From: Amoebidium appalachense
Taxonomy: Eukaryota; Protista; Ichthyosporea
Direction of reading: 5' to 3'
DNA: 64,000 nucleotides
Assembly: GCA_963693365.1 (NCBI GenBank)
Contig: CAVNZM010000007.1
Coordinates: 10,227,962 to 10,291,961, forward strand
Part shown: piece after piece, positions 52,896 to 64,000 of the stretch
Layout of the letters: every line of letters starts with the position of its first letter
Numbering within the stretch: position 1 is the stretch's first letter
Position numbers and translations under genes: made by a program
The notes under the pieces: generated by a model
The model's database searches: none
Seen by the model: only the letters and a program-made list of their open reading frames with translations
Told to the model about the DNA's origin: nothing

Positions 52896-55738
52896 CTATA
52901 CATATTTGCACATGCTGGTATCACTTGGGTTGTTACAATTGGGGAATCCAGCACAGTATGCATCGGGAATGTGCTGGAGCGTTGACTTGCACTGCCTTGA
53001 GGGTGCTGATGCATTGCTAAGCTGTACGCAGATGGTGGGAAAGTTATCCTCACACCCGTTAGCACGACACCATTCGTCTGATACGTTTGACACGGTGGAG
53101 TGGCATGTACTAGTTTGGCCGCTACCAGGACTAGATGGCGGTGACAAGGTCGTGGAAGCTGTAGGCGTTGCGGTCGGCAACAAAGCGGAAGACGTCTGGG
53201 TCTGTGCTGGGTTTGTGGGCACTCCTGGTGTGTGTGATGGAGAAGGGGCAGCACTCGACGGAGAGGAACCCCCGGTGGCCACCTGTTTGCAGATTGTTGG
53301 ATAACTCTGTTCACAGCCGTTAATGCGGCACCATTCATCGGGAATGTTGGATGCCAAAGAACGGCACGTGGATTTTTGCCCGTCCCCTGCATTCAAAGGA
53401 GGGGTTGTGGTTGGCACGTTTGACGCTGTCGGTGTTTGAATAATAGTACTGGTGGCTGCGCTAGAAGACGACGTGACTGGTGTGGTTGCACCTGCAATTG
53501 TGGAGGAGGTGGTTGTTGTTTTTGGTATGTTAGTTGTAGCCGACTCGGAGGATGGAATCGAAGTGGGCGTGGATACCGCGGTAGTGGGTGCAGGACTAGG
53601 AGAAAGGCTCACGGTAGGAGGGATTGATGCCGTAGGCACTGGTGTCAAAGAAGGTGTCGAAGAGGGTGGCGAGGGTACCGGTGGTTTGGGATTTGGGTTG
53701 GTATTGCCTCCACGGAGGCGGGCGCTGACAGAAGAAATCAAGGGATAACCAGCCTTGTAATCGTCAAGGTCTAAAGCCCAAAACATTGCTCCCTGTTGTA
53801 AACTTTGCTGTCAGTATTCCATGGTAACCCCACACAACATTTTTTGTAACAGTATCACGAGTTCCAATGTCCATGGCAAAACAACATGAAAAAGAGGATG
53901 TTTGAGTTAGGCAGAGTTCATGCACTGATCTAGAAATTTTTATATTCAGCTAGATGTCTACCATAAATTCGTGCACCTGCTACGTATTCTTGCCCGTGCT
54001 TGCATCATATGCATGCCATGAATGCCTCCTAAACAAGTCACACGCAGCAACAAACGGTACGCGTGGGGCTTACCCGTAGATTGGAAGATTGCAGGAAATC
54101 AGTCTTGAGTCCAAGAGTTTTGACTGTGTCGAAACCTATCCATGTTTTGTCCATCCGCACCACAGCTGAATACGTTGTTGACACGTCTTCGCATAACGCG
54201 GCGCCTTGGGCAATCAGTGCTTGAATTTCATAGTATGACATGAAGCCCTCTTCCCGAGTGTAGGTGCCTTTGGGAGCTGGTGTTGATGCGCCAGCAAGGA
54301 AGTTGCATGGATAGCCCGTGGTCTCACTGGGGTTCCCCACCGAGAAAGATCTACCATAACTAGCCATGCCCATGAGAATCTTTGATGAAGGCGCATTAGC
54401 TAACCATGCCTGGATGCCACGAGCAACCGAGAACTCGTTTGGGTTGGAGGTGTCTAGCGGGTAAAGTTGGGTATGCCCCCGTGTCTTAGTCTCCCAAGAG
54501 CCAAAAAGGTCGTACGACATCACACCAATCCAGTCAACCTGGGCTGCCACTGCTGCAACATCGTATCTACTAGGGAGCTTAACGTGGTCTGCCGATACTG
54601 CAACCGTTAGAAGAAGGGGAGGCTTGCCGGACTTCTGGGCGTCTTCGCTGATCAGTTGACGAATGGTGACCAGCCATTTCGAGAAATTCTCTCGGTCGGG
54701 AGCCTCCGGATACTCCCAGTCGATATCAACACCGTCAAAACCGTTTTCTCGCACAAATGCAATGATGTTGGCGGCAAAAGTGTTGCGGCTTTCAGCTGTG
54801 CTTGCAGCCGTGTTGAAAATCTTATTGCCTTGGCTGAAGTTCCATCCACCGAGCCTGAATCGACAACCCAATGATTATCAGAACTATGACCGGACATAAC
54901 TTAGTGGCACCATGTGGAAGGACAATAAAGAGATCAACGGGAAAACGTGGATAGATCTCATATCATTTGGTGCCAATCTGACACCGAAGAAGCATTACCT
55001 GAGCCGTCCACTTAAAGGGAAAGTGAGTATATTCAATGCAGGATACCGAGTGAATTTTTTTTTTAAGTGTAATATGGCCTGCACGTGCATGAACATGTGC
55101 ATATAAAACTTTATGTGTTGTTAGATATTATGTCAACTGGATTCACCGCAAAATGAGCACCATGCACAAGGAGCTGGATGCTGTGTCACAGTGTTACACA
55201 AGGCCAAACGCAAAAGAACCAAACAAGCAGCCGATTATGCATGAGTAATTCACTCTTTCGAAATCCTGATGTTTTCTCCATGCATATGAATACGTGGTAA
55301 TTAATTGTTGTGCACATGCACCCATTTTTGCTCAGTGAATCATGGTCACTACAGACATGAAACTCACGATATCAGGGTCTTGATGGCCGGGTTCTGCTTT
55401 CTCACGTGGGCATGAAAACGCTTGTACATCCCTCCGTCTCCGTAGTCAAGCACGTCGTTCCACTCGTACGGCTGCACCTTGAACGTGCCATCGTCAACTT
55501 TGGCGAAACCATAGCACAAATGTGTGAAGAGAGTTGCATCTATGTCTTCGGGGAAGAACTTGTATGGTTCTGGTCTATACTGTGCCCAGTTGGTGTAGTA
55601 ACCAAGGATGATGGCGTCTGGTGATGCTTGGGTCTCGAATAGGTTGTTGCCGGGCACTGGGCTTGAGAAGACGGTCTTGCCCAGGGCAAGAAGGGTGACC
55701 AGGAGGACAGAAAGCAACCGAGAGGATTTGGTCGCCAT
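52896..55738 (-). CDS. Secreted GH18 chitinase with Ser/Thr/Pro linker and three C-terminal Cys-rich repeats (~682 aa, 3 exons)
   Basis: Exons 55738-55368, 54854-54074 and 53792-52896 (2049 nt). Signal peptide MATKSSRLLSVLLVTLLALG. Motifs: YYTNWAQYRP, KTLISLGGWN, catalytic FDGVDIDWEYP, VMSYDLFGSW, GTYTREEGFMSYYEI and GAMFWALDLDD. Confidence 0.95.
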
Positions 55739-56493
55739 TTTCGTTTTCTTCCTTTTTTTGCCGCTAAACGGGTGTAGGCTTTACGTAACTATGGCTTTAA
55801 AGATTCTGGAAAGGAGGAAATGCTGAGGCTATGTGAGTGTGCCTGTTGGATATATACGCTGGGTTGTCCGAGCACTGGTCACACGCTATGGCATGATGGC
55901 GACACAGGTTCCGATGGTCTATGTTGGTGATGCGTTCCGGACGAATCGAACGTAAGGAAACCAATTTGATTGACCAATAAAAATCCTGAGACGCGAGCAG
56001 CTAATCAAAGCTCACGTCCGCGGGAATTCCGGCCCACGACGTAGCTGACCTGCACTGGTCCTGCAGCCGCATCTGAAAGTGTCACGTGAATGATTTCCCA
56101 TGGCCATAGCTGAGCCTGTGAGGTGTGCATCCGCAACATGCTGTACAATAAAAATCGAGAATGGCGTATTGTAGTTGACAGACACATGTTCCGGCCTGGG
56201 GCTGGCGTCAGACGCGGAGAGCGGGGCTCCGAAAGTGCTGTGACCTAGCTTGAGATGTAGATAGATACGCGTGCGCGTGAATTCGATGGCCCACAGTGCG
56301 ACACGGTCTGATCAGTAATTATCTTGGCACATGCATGTCCGACACATGTGCGTGGTGACGTGCGTACGCGCAGGGGCTTTCCGTCCGTGCACGTGGGCTG
56401 GCGGTGCTTGTCGTGTGTTTTTTGGGTCGCCACACGTTACAAGGGGCGTGGGGCATTGGGTGCAAGCCTTATGTCACGTCCTGCCCCCGCCCT

Positions 56494-56567
<74 letters not shown>

Positions 56568-57430
56568 TACACGCAAGTGTGCAAACACACACACACACAC
56601 ACACACACGCACGCACGCACACACGTGCGCACGCACACACACGTGTACACACACACACACACACACATACGTACATGCACACACACTATTGAACGCATGC
56701 AGGCGCGCGCGCACATACACACATAGATAGTACTCACTAAAGGCGACATACTCACGTGAATTAGCCCATGTCACAGACACAGACGGTCACCTCTATGTCA
56801 TTCCACATGTACACCTTGACTGTCCTCGTTACATCCCCGTTTAACTTATTGATTTGGATTACATCTTATCTGGCCGTATATCATAAATATACCATTTGTT
56901 TCATAACACAGTGCATGTGCACAATAGGCCTCGTACAGCAAGACCCCCCCCCCCCCCCCCCCCCCCCCCTTTCCTTTTTCTCTCTCTTGCCTCCAAGAAA
57001 GGCATCTTATGCGTCAACCCCTGCGAGATAGAAGGCATACATATGCACCTGGCAAGGGGTGAACATTTAAATCAGATAACACATTTTCAGATTGCGACAA
57101 ACACCGTCAAAAGCCTATACTGCACACTCACTACACTACAGCACAACTACTTAATGTTTGAATGCGATAAACACTGCCATATACGATTGCTCTAAACTAC
57201 ACCAGACTAATAAATGTTCATTTCCTACACGGACTCCTCGTGTGCAAAAACCATCAGAACCTAACACTGCTCAGCATAACAATACTACTACCTTCGAAAG
57301 GACATTATGTGCCCACCTCCCCTCTCACTTATATATATGCCAACACCTTCTCGCTTTTGCCTATCATACCAACTATACCTACTATACACTACTACCAGCA
57401 CACTATCCTAATTAACCACCTGCCGCACAC

Positions 57431-57866
57431 TTAGCTGGCAGCCACCTCCACGGGGGCAGGCAGTGCCTCCGGGGTGTCCAGGCCCCGCCAGGCATAGCCG
57501 GCACCCAGCATCTTCTCGAAGGCAGACACGTCATCCTCCCCCTTGTCGTTCTCCTGCACGTGCACGTGTGCCGTCAGATGCATGTATGGCCCACACGGGC
57601 TAAGAGAAAAGGGACCAGATTTGGTGCAGTTGGTTTTTCGGTCGCTGACGCTGAACCAATTGAGTTATATTTTTTCTGTACTGACCGTTTGAAGAAAACA
57701 CTATTTACATAATTATTATGCAAAAATTATAGCTCTAGCGCATAATTGGTGTACCTTTTTGCTCTCGATGTAACCCTGTTTTTCATATGAATTTGGTCCG
57801 GAGACCGATCGCCGCAATTCCATGGTTCCAGCTACCCTAAATATGTAGCAAACGGCAGAAGACATG

Positions 57867-57906
<40 letters not shown>

Positions 57907-58731
57907 GAGGGGGGGGGAAGGAGAGATCCATACGTTGAATGCATTGCCTGTGCGCAGCGACGTCAGCACATCCTCCAGGCCGGCCTCCCTCTTCATGCCT
58001 GCTGGCCCACCCCGGGACTGCCGCTGTTGCGACCACACCCACCAGTCAGCACACACAGCAAAATGCAAGCACACACAGCAACATGCAAGTACACACAGCA
58101 AAACGCAAGCACAGCCAAACCAAGCACACACACGGCAAAACACAAGCACACAGCAAAACGCAAGCACAGCCAAACTAAGCACACACAGCAAAATGGAGGC
58201 ACACACGGCAAGATTCAAACACACACAGCAAAATGCAAGCACACACGGCAAGATTCAAACACATACAGCAAAATGCAAGCACACACACACAGCAACATGC
58301 AAGCACACTACCACACAGCCAGGGTGGTGCAACAAGCACTGGCCCACAAGCACTGCGGCCACTATTGTAAGGGCAGCACACCAAAAAACCTACCTGCTGG
58401 CCCTTCTTCCTGCTGGCCTCCTGCATCTTCCTTAGGGCCATGGCCTCCTCTCTGCGCTTGGCCCTCTCCAGCTGCTCCTCTCTGGCCAGGTTCTCCTTGT
58501 GTGCCGCTTTGAGCTGCTTGCTGTGGCAGACATCCCATTTTAAGCTACACATCCACCCACCCCCTCCCCTCCCCCCCTTTCACACACACCATCTCCCCCC
58601 ACCCTCCTCCTCCTCACACACACCATTCCAACCCTCCCTCCCCCTTCCCCCCGTCCCCCCCTTTTCTCCTTTCCAAAAGACAAACTCACAGAGGCAATAA
58701 GAAGCACAAGCAAGGCATCTAACACACAAAT

Positions 58732-58762
<31 letters not shown>

Positions 58763-59718
58763 ACACACACACACATACACAACACCCTTACCCCCTCCCC
58801 CCACCTCCCCCCCCTCTCCCCATACACTCGCCAAAACCCCCATCACACCGCCCCAGCCTTACCCCCTCTCCCCCCCCCCCCCCCCCCCCCCCCCAGCACG
58901 TGTACGCACCAGAACTCCCAGAATATGCCAAAGAACTCATCGACACTGGTTGTGTTTGTGTCGCAGGCAAAGAACTTCATTGCCGTCCCAAGGTCCTGCA
59001 CCCAGCAACCGTCAGCACCCACCACTTGCCTTGGCCCCACAGCCACACGTGAAATGCCATTATACAACCATAACTCATGTGTCCTATTGCACATCCCTTC
59101 TCTCTCCCTCACACAGAGAAAAAGAACACCGCTAAAATTCGTTACCCCCCCCCCCCCCCCCTTCCTCCCCACCCCCCCCCCCCCCCTCCCCCCCCCCCCC
59201 GGCCCCCGGGGGCCCTCTCCTCCCCAAGGATCGACTTGCCCACAGTTCTGTTGCCATGCCCCAATCACCCCCCCCCCCCCCCCCCTTCCCCCCTCCCCTC
59301 CCGCCTCCCTGTCCCCCCCCTCCCCCCCCCCCCCCCCCCCCCCCCGTTCCCCCCCTCTCTTACCTCCATCATCTTTGCATAGTCTGCCTCTAGGGCCTGG
59401 AACTGGCTCCAAGCTCTGTCGTAGAAGGCATCGTACTTGGACTTGAAGAAGTCTCCCTCGGCCCACGCGGAGTGCTTCTCAAGCTCCTGCATGGCTGAAG
59501 GTCAGCACGTGCACGTGATAGCCCAGCCATCATTGCATGGCTAGGAGGTTGGACGGTGGGATCTTTAGCTTGTATGAGTCCGCGGGGGAGGGAGGGGAGG
59601 GGGGGGGGGGGTGCTGAAAAACGGGTAGGTGTGTGTGTGTGTGTGTGTGTCGAGGGGGGGGGGGGGGGGGGGGGGGGGGGCTGAAAACCGGGTAGGTATG
59701 TGTGTGTGTGTGTGTGTC

Positions 59719-59760
<42 letters not shown>

Positions 59761-60010
59761 CTGAAAACCGGGGGTGTGGGGATGACCGGGAAGGTAGGGA
59801 GGATGAGACATGTGGTTGATGTTTCAGAGTAGATCATGGTGGAACGAGCAAAGGTAGGGAGGGTGGCTGGATGGGTGGGTGGGTGGGTGGGTGCCCCGGG
59901 GGGGGGGGGGGGGGGGGGGGGGGGGACCTCTTTCAGGCCAGCCAGTGCAGTGCGCATTTCCTTCATGTCGGCCTGCAGCACCTGTATCTGCACCTTGGAC
60001 GCATTCTCGG

Positions 60011-60071
<61 letters not shown>

Positions 60072-60138
60072 TATGTGTGTGTGTGTGTGTGTGTTGAGGG
60101 AGCACGGGGGGGATGGGGTGGGGTGGGGGTGGGTGTGT

Positions 60139-60189
<51 letters not shown>

Positions 60190-60836
60190 TGGGAATGTGA
60201 GGAATTAGAGATAGGAGATCAACGGATGTATGGAGATAACGAACATAATGAAGAAATGTGGCCAACGAAACGAGAAGGGGCAAATGGAATGATTGGATAT
60301 GGGTTCAGGCTCAGCGCACCAACCATGCCTTTCACTGTGTGCACACACGTCTTCTTTGGCCCGAACCACTGCAAGGGAGCAGACACCATTGGCAACCAGA
60401 ACCTCCTTCAGAGATCGGAGGGTTGGGAGTTAAGTTGGATTGGTGTGTGTGTGTTGGGGGGTGGGGGGGGGGGGTGGGGGGGGGGGGGTGGGAGGGAGGG
60501 AGGGAGGGAGGGAGAAGGGATTGCTACTTAGTTCTTCCCGCTTCTTTGGCTAGGGAGGGGTGGAGGGGGGGAGGAGGAGGAGGAGGGGGGGGGGGGGGGA
60601 GGGCGAGGGGAGGAGGGGGCAGCGTACTGTGGAGAAGTTCTTCGTCGAAGTCCAACAGTTCGGGTGCCTTTGCCCTCAAGATCTGCACACGTGCGCAATG
60701 CCCATTAGCATGTGTGCTTGTACCCTTCTGGCTTGCACTGGCCTGACTGCAAACGAGCAACTGTCCTCCTTTTGCAGTGTATGTCTTTGCCGTTCGAACA
60801 TATTGTGATGTCGTCGTTTGGATGATAGCCAGGTCT

Positions 60837-60897
<61 letters not shown>

Positions 60898-61381
60898 ACA
60901 CACACCCTCTTCTGCCCTCTCCATCCCCCCATCCGGGTCTTCCTCCTCCTGTTCACTAATAGAGAAAACATCGGCAGCATCTTTCTGTCCCAACACCCAA
61001 GTAAGGAGTGGGCCACGTTTTGTCCAACCACATGTGACCACTGTGCACGTGTAAGCACCTAGCTGCGAAATGACATGTTTCCGTGTACTTGCACGTGTGT
61101 GGAAGTAACTAGATGCACGTAAGATGTGCGCAGTTGCACGTACCGCGGCCATGTAGTTGTTAAGGGACAGCTTGTTGTCTGCGGCCTTGGTGTTGCCTAA
61201 TTTGGGCAAATACTCGACCTTAAAACCATCCACCGATCCCACGTTGGGAATGGAGCAGTTCATGTAGTTGCCTAGCAACAGCCAGTCAGAGTGGGCCAAC
61301 GATTACCAAATAAGGAAGTCGAGGCATTGACGGCATGGCCCATAAATAGCACCTCAAAATTTAGCCGGTCAAAGAATATCC

Positions 61382-61422
<41 letters not shown>

Positions 61423-62031
61423 GGTGTCCCTTCTTGTTCATTGTCTGTCGGTCTGTGAATTGTTGGGTTGAGGTACACAAGAGCACTCCAACTAGGGGAA
61501 GTAAAGCTTGCTGGCTAGCTATGGGGCACATGTGGTGGGCATGCAGGGGCAAGCACGTACCAACCATCAGCAGCAGGGACAGAACCTCTCTGAGCGACAT
61601 GCTGGACTGCACCTGTATCCCCACGTGTCAGCAATACCCCCTCCCCTCCTCCCCCTCCCCCCCCTCCCACAAACCAACCGCAGGGAATGTGGCTGCATAC
61701 AGTACACTGAAGTTGAGTATGCGCAAATCAAGTCCTGCCTACAAAGCGAGAAATGATGGCTTGCAAGGGGGTGTAAACAAGGAAAATGGAACTGAGTGAA
61801 AGGAGACGGGTGAAGCCTGTGAGTGAGACCGGGGGAAAGAAGGGGGGGTTGGTTGGTTGGATACCTCCTGTGCAGCCAGCATGAGGTCCGCCACCCACTC
61901 CTCCAGGCGGGCAAGGTCCTCGGCAAACGTGCGCTGTGGGTCCACGGTCAGTCACATGCACATTGACACTACAGGCAGGCGTGTGCGAGAGGGGTAAGAA
62001 GTGTGATGTTGGGCGATGTGTGCGTGTGTGA

Positions 62032-62080
<49 letters not shown>

Positions 62081-62084
62081 CGTG

Positions 62085-62115
<31 letters not shown>

Positions 62116-63690
62116 TGTGCGTGTGGGTGTGTGTGTGGGTGGGTAGGTGTGTGTGTGTGTGTGTGCGTGTGTGTGTGCGCGCGCGCACGCACGTGCATGT
62201 GTGTGCGCGCGCGCACGCACGTGCATGTGTGTGCGCGTGCGTGTGTGCGTGTGGGTGTGTGTGTATGTGTGTGTGTGCATGCACAAGTGCATGTTTGCAT
62301 GTGTTTTGTGCATGCATGCATGCCATATGTGCACGTGAGCAAGGGGATCAGGTGATTTTGGGAAGCTATACGCAAGGGTTTCAGAACGTGATTGGAGTGT
62401 TCGAAAATACCGAACAGCTTCACCGGTATGACAGCTCGTGCCGCTTCATTCCCCAGGGGGGGGGGGGGGGGGGTTGGATGGGGGGGGGAGAGCAAGGGAC
62501 ACATACCCTTATGATCATGGCCTTGATGCGGTGCTCAAACCGATGCACACCTGCATGGTTAGAACGTCAGAATACAGCGTATGTAGAGGCAGAGCACACG
62601 GTGTGACCCAGGCTAAGGTGGTGCAAACAGTATTGTGGGCCTTAAATAAAAAAAAAATTGGTTGCTGTGCTCCCTCATGCTCTGGCTCCCACCACCGACA
62701 AAACAGATTGCCTAGCATGCAGATGTCGAAACCCAGATATGATATCTTCCGTGAAGCGTGTGGCTGCTGACAAGATAGAGGGGAAGGCCATTGGGCAAAC
62801 CAGGCGATCAAGGGAAAGAGGGTGTGAGCAGCTGACATTGCTGGTGCGTTTACGGTGGTGGTGGTGGTGGTCGTGGTGGAGGGAGAGGGAGGGAGGGAGG
62901 GGGGAGGGGAGGGGGGGGAGGGGGGGATGGGGGGGGAGGGGGTGGTTCGTACCGCTGACCATCTGGTAGAGGAATCGATCGGCAATGGCCATGCGCTCAC
63001 GGTCACCTGAGAGAGCACTGGTCAGGATATAAATAGGACCAAAACAGGGTATAAAAAGATGCAAGAAGGATGTAAATGGGGCTAGGGTATGATATGAACA
63101 AGAATACTTAGAAACAAGCCGAATACAAGTAGAAGCAATGCTAGATGTACAGCCCAGGGCATGTATATACAAGTAGAACCAAACCATGCTATATTTACGT
63201 ATCAGGCAGAAAATCAACAAGAAACGGAGGGCATGTTGGGCCCACTGGTGGGGGTAGAGCAGATCAAAATTGGGTGTTTTCATAGGGAAGACGGCTCTTA
63301 AGGGGATGGCTCACCAGCATATTCCAAGAGGGCAGCCTTTTCCTTGTCGTCCGGCTGGTATCTGTGAGGGTGTGGGTAAGGTGTGAGTGGGGATAGGGGG
63401 GGAGGGGGAGGGATAACCAACACCATTCAAAGAACATGCCAGGAGTCGAATTCGAGAGGAAGAGGGGCGCATTGCAGTCACAAAAAGTACCGATCACGTA
63501 TTTGCAATGGAGTTCATTGAAACAGGCTTTGACTGTGCAGTGCTTCCATACCCAGACGGGTCATGTGCATATACAACTTGAAGCACACACAAACGTGCAG
63601 AAAAATAAACTGATGCCCTAACATGGCATTCTGGCCGTTGTTGATGTGGGGCGGTGGAAGGGGGAAAGGGGGGTGGGGATGGGGTGGGGT

Positions 63691-63735
<45 letters not shown>

Positions 63736-63740
63736 GGGAG

Positions 63741-63779
<39 letters not shown>

Positions 63780-63818
63780 GGGGGGGGAGGAAGGGGGGAG
63801 GGAGGGAGGAGGGAGGAA

Positions 63819-63856
<38 letters not shown>

Positions 63857-63935
63857 CTGGTATACCTGTCGAGCTGCTTGAGGATTTCGAGGGTCATCTC
63901 CTCGTGCTGGTCATCGTCACACCGCAAAATACGCT
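57431..63935 (-). CDS. Diaphanous-related formin (FH2 domain plus DAD); 5'-partial, 14 exons in window
   Basis: Exons 63935-63866, 63361-63315, 63006-62953, 62550-62507, 61933-61865, 61612-61561, 61271-61144, 60682-60628, 60010-59928, 59486-59364, 58995-58910, 58520-58394, 58023-57934 and 57553-57431 join in frame to TAA. FH2 motifs: ADRFLYQM, LLMVGNYMN, GFKVEYLPKLGNTKAADNKLSL and DEFFGIFWEF. DAD-like motif: GLEDVLTSLRTGNAF. Confidence 0.9.
58047..58305. repeat. Degenerate ~20-bp tandem repeat (cacacacagcaaaatgcaag)
   Basis: About a dozen diverged units in a formin intron. Confidence 0.8.
59597..59775. repeat. Compound tandem repeat: poly-G + gctgaaaaccgggtaggt + (TG)n + tcga, about 2.5 copies
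   Basis: ctgaaaa(a/c)cggg recurs at about 59614, 59681 and 59761, separated by TG and G runs of differing length. Confidence 0.8.
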
Positions 63936-63969
63936 CTGCACAAACCAGTCAGCATCGGAGTGTATCATC

Positions 63970-64000
<31 letters not shown>

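Noticed and set aside
63690-63856. Poly-Pro stretch suggesting a formin FH1 domain
   Set aside because: It lies after a GT donor inside the FH2 coding region, so it is an intronic poly-C tract; a real FH1 would be upstream, outside the window.

Overview
Eukaryotic, intron-rich genomic DNA with no prokaryotic operons, CRISPR array, rRNA or convincing tRNA. Most ORF-track entries are artefacts of intronic (CA/TG)n, (CT/GA)n and poly-C/poly-G tracts. Manual GT-AG splicing gives seven genes: a 5'-truncated p120/RASA1-like PH-C2-RasGAP (+), a two-exon hypothetical protein with a CRE/CCAAT/TATA promoter (+), NELF-A (+), a bacterial-type HSL/GDXG esterase (-), a FAM135/DUF676 putative serine hydrolase (-), a secreted GH18 chitinase with three unusual Cys-rich C-terminal repeats (-), and the 3' part of a diaphanous-type FH2-DAD formin (-). 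There is also one weak single-exon ORF. Introns hold a TA-flanked MITE, a 55-bp two-variant minisatellite and two copies of a structured ~185-bp element. The animal-like but diverged gene set suggests a unicellular holozoan such as an ichthyosporean; this is an inference. The most striking window-wide signal is an intron architecture in which simple repeats abut, and apparently stand in for, canonical splice signals. Exon coordinates were read by hand and may be off by a few bases. Family assignments rest on motifs recalled from memory, not on database searches.
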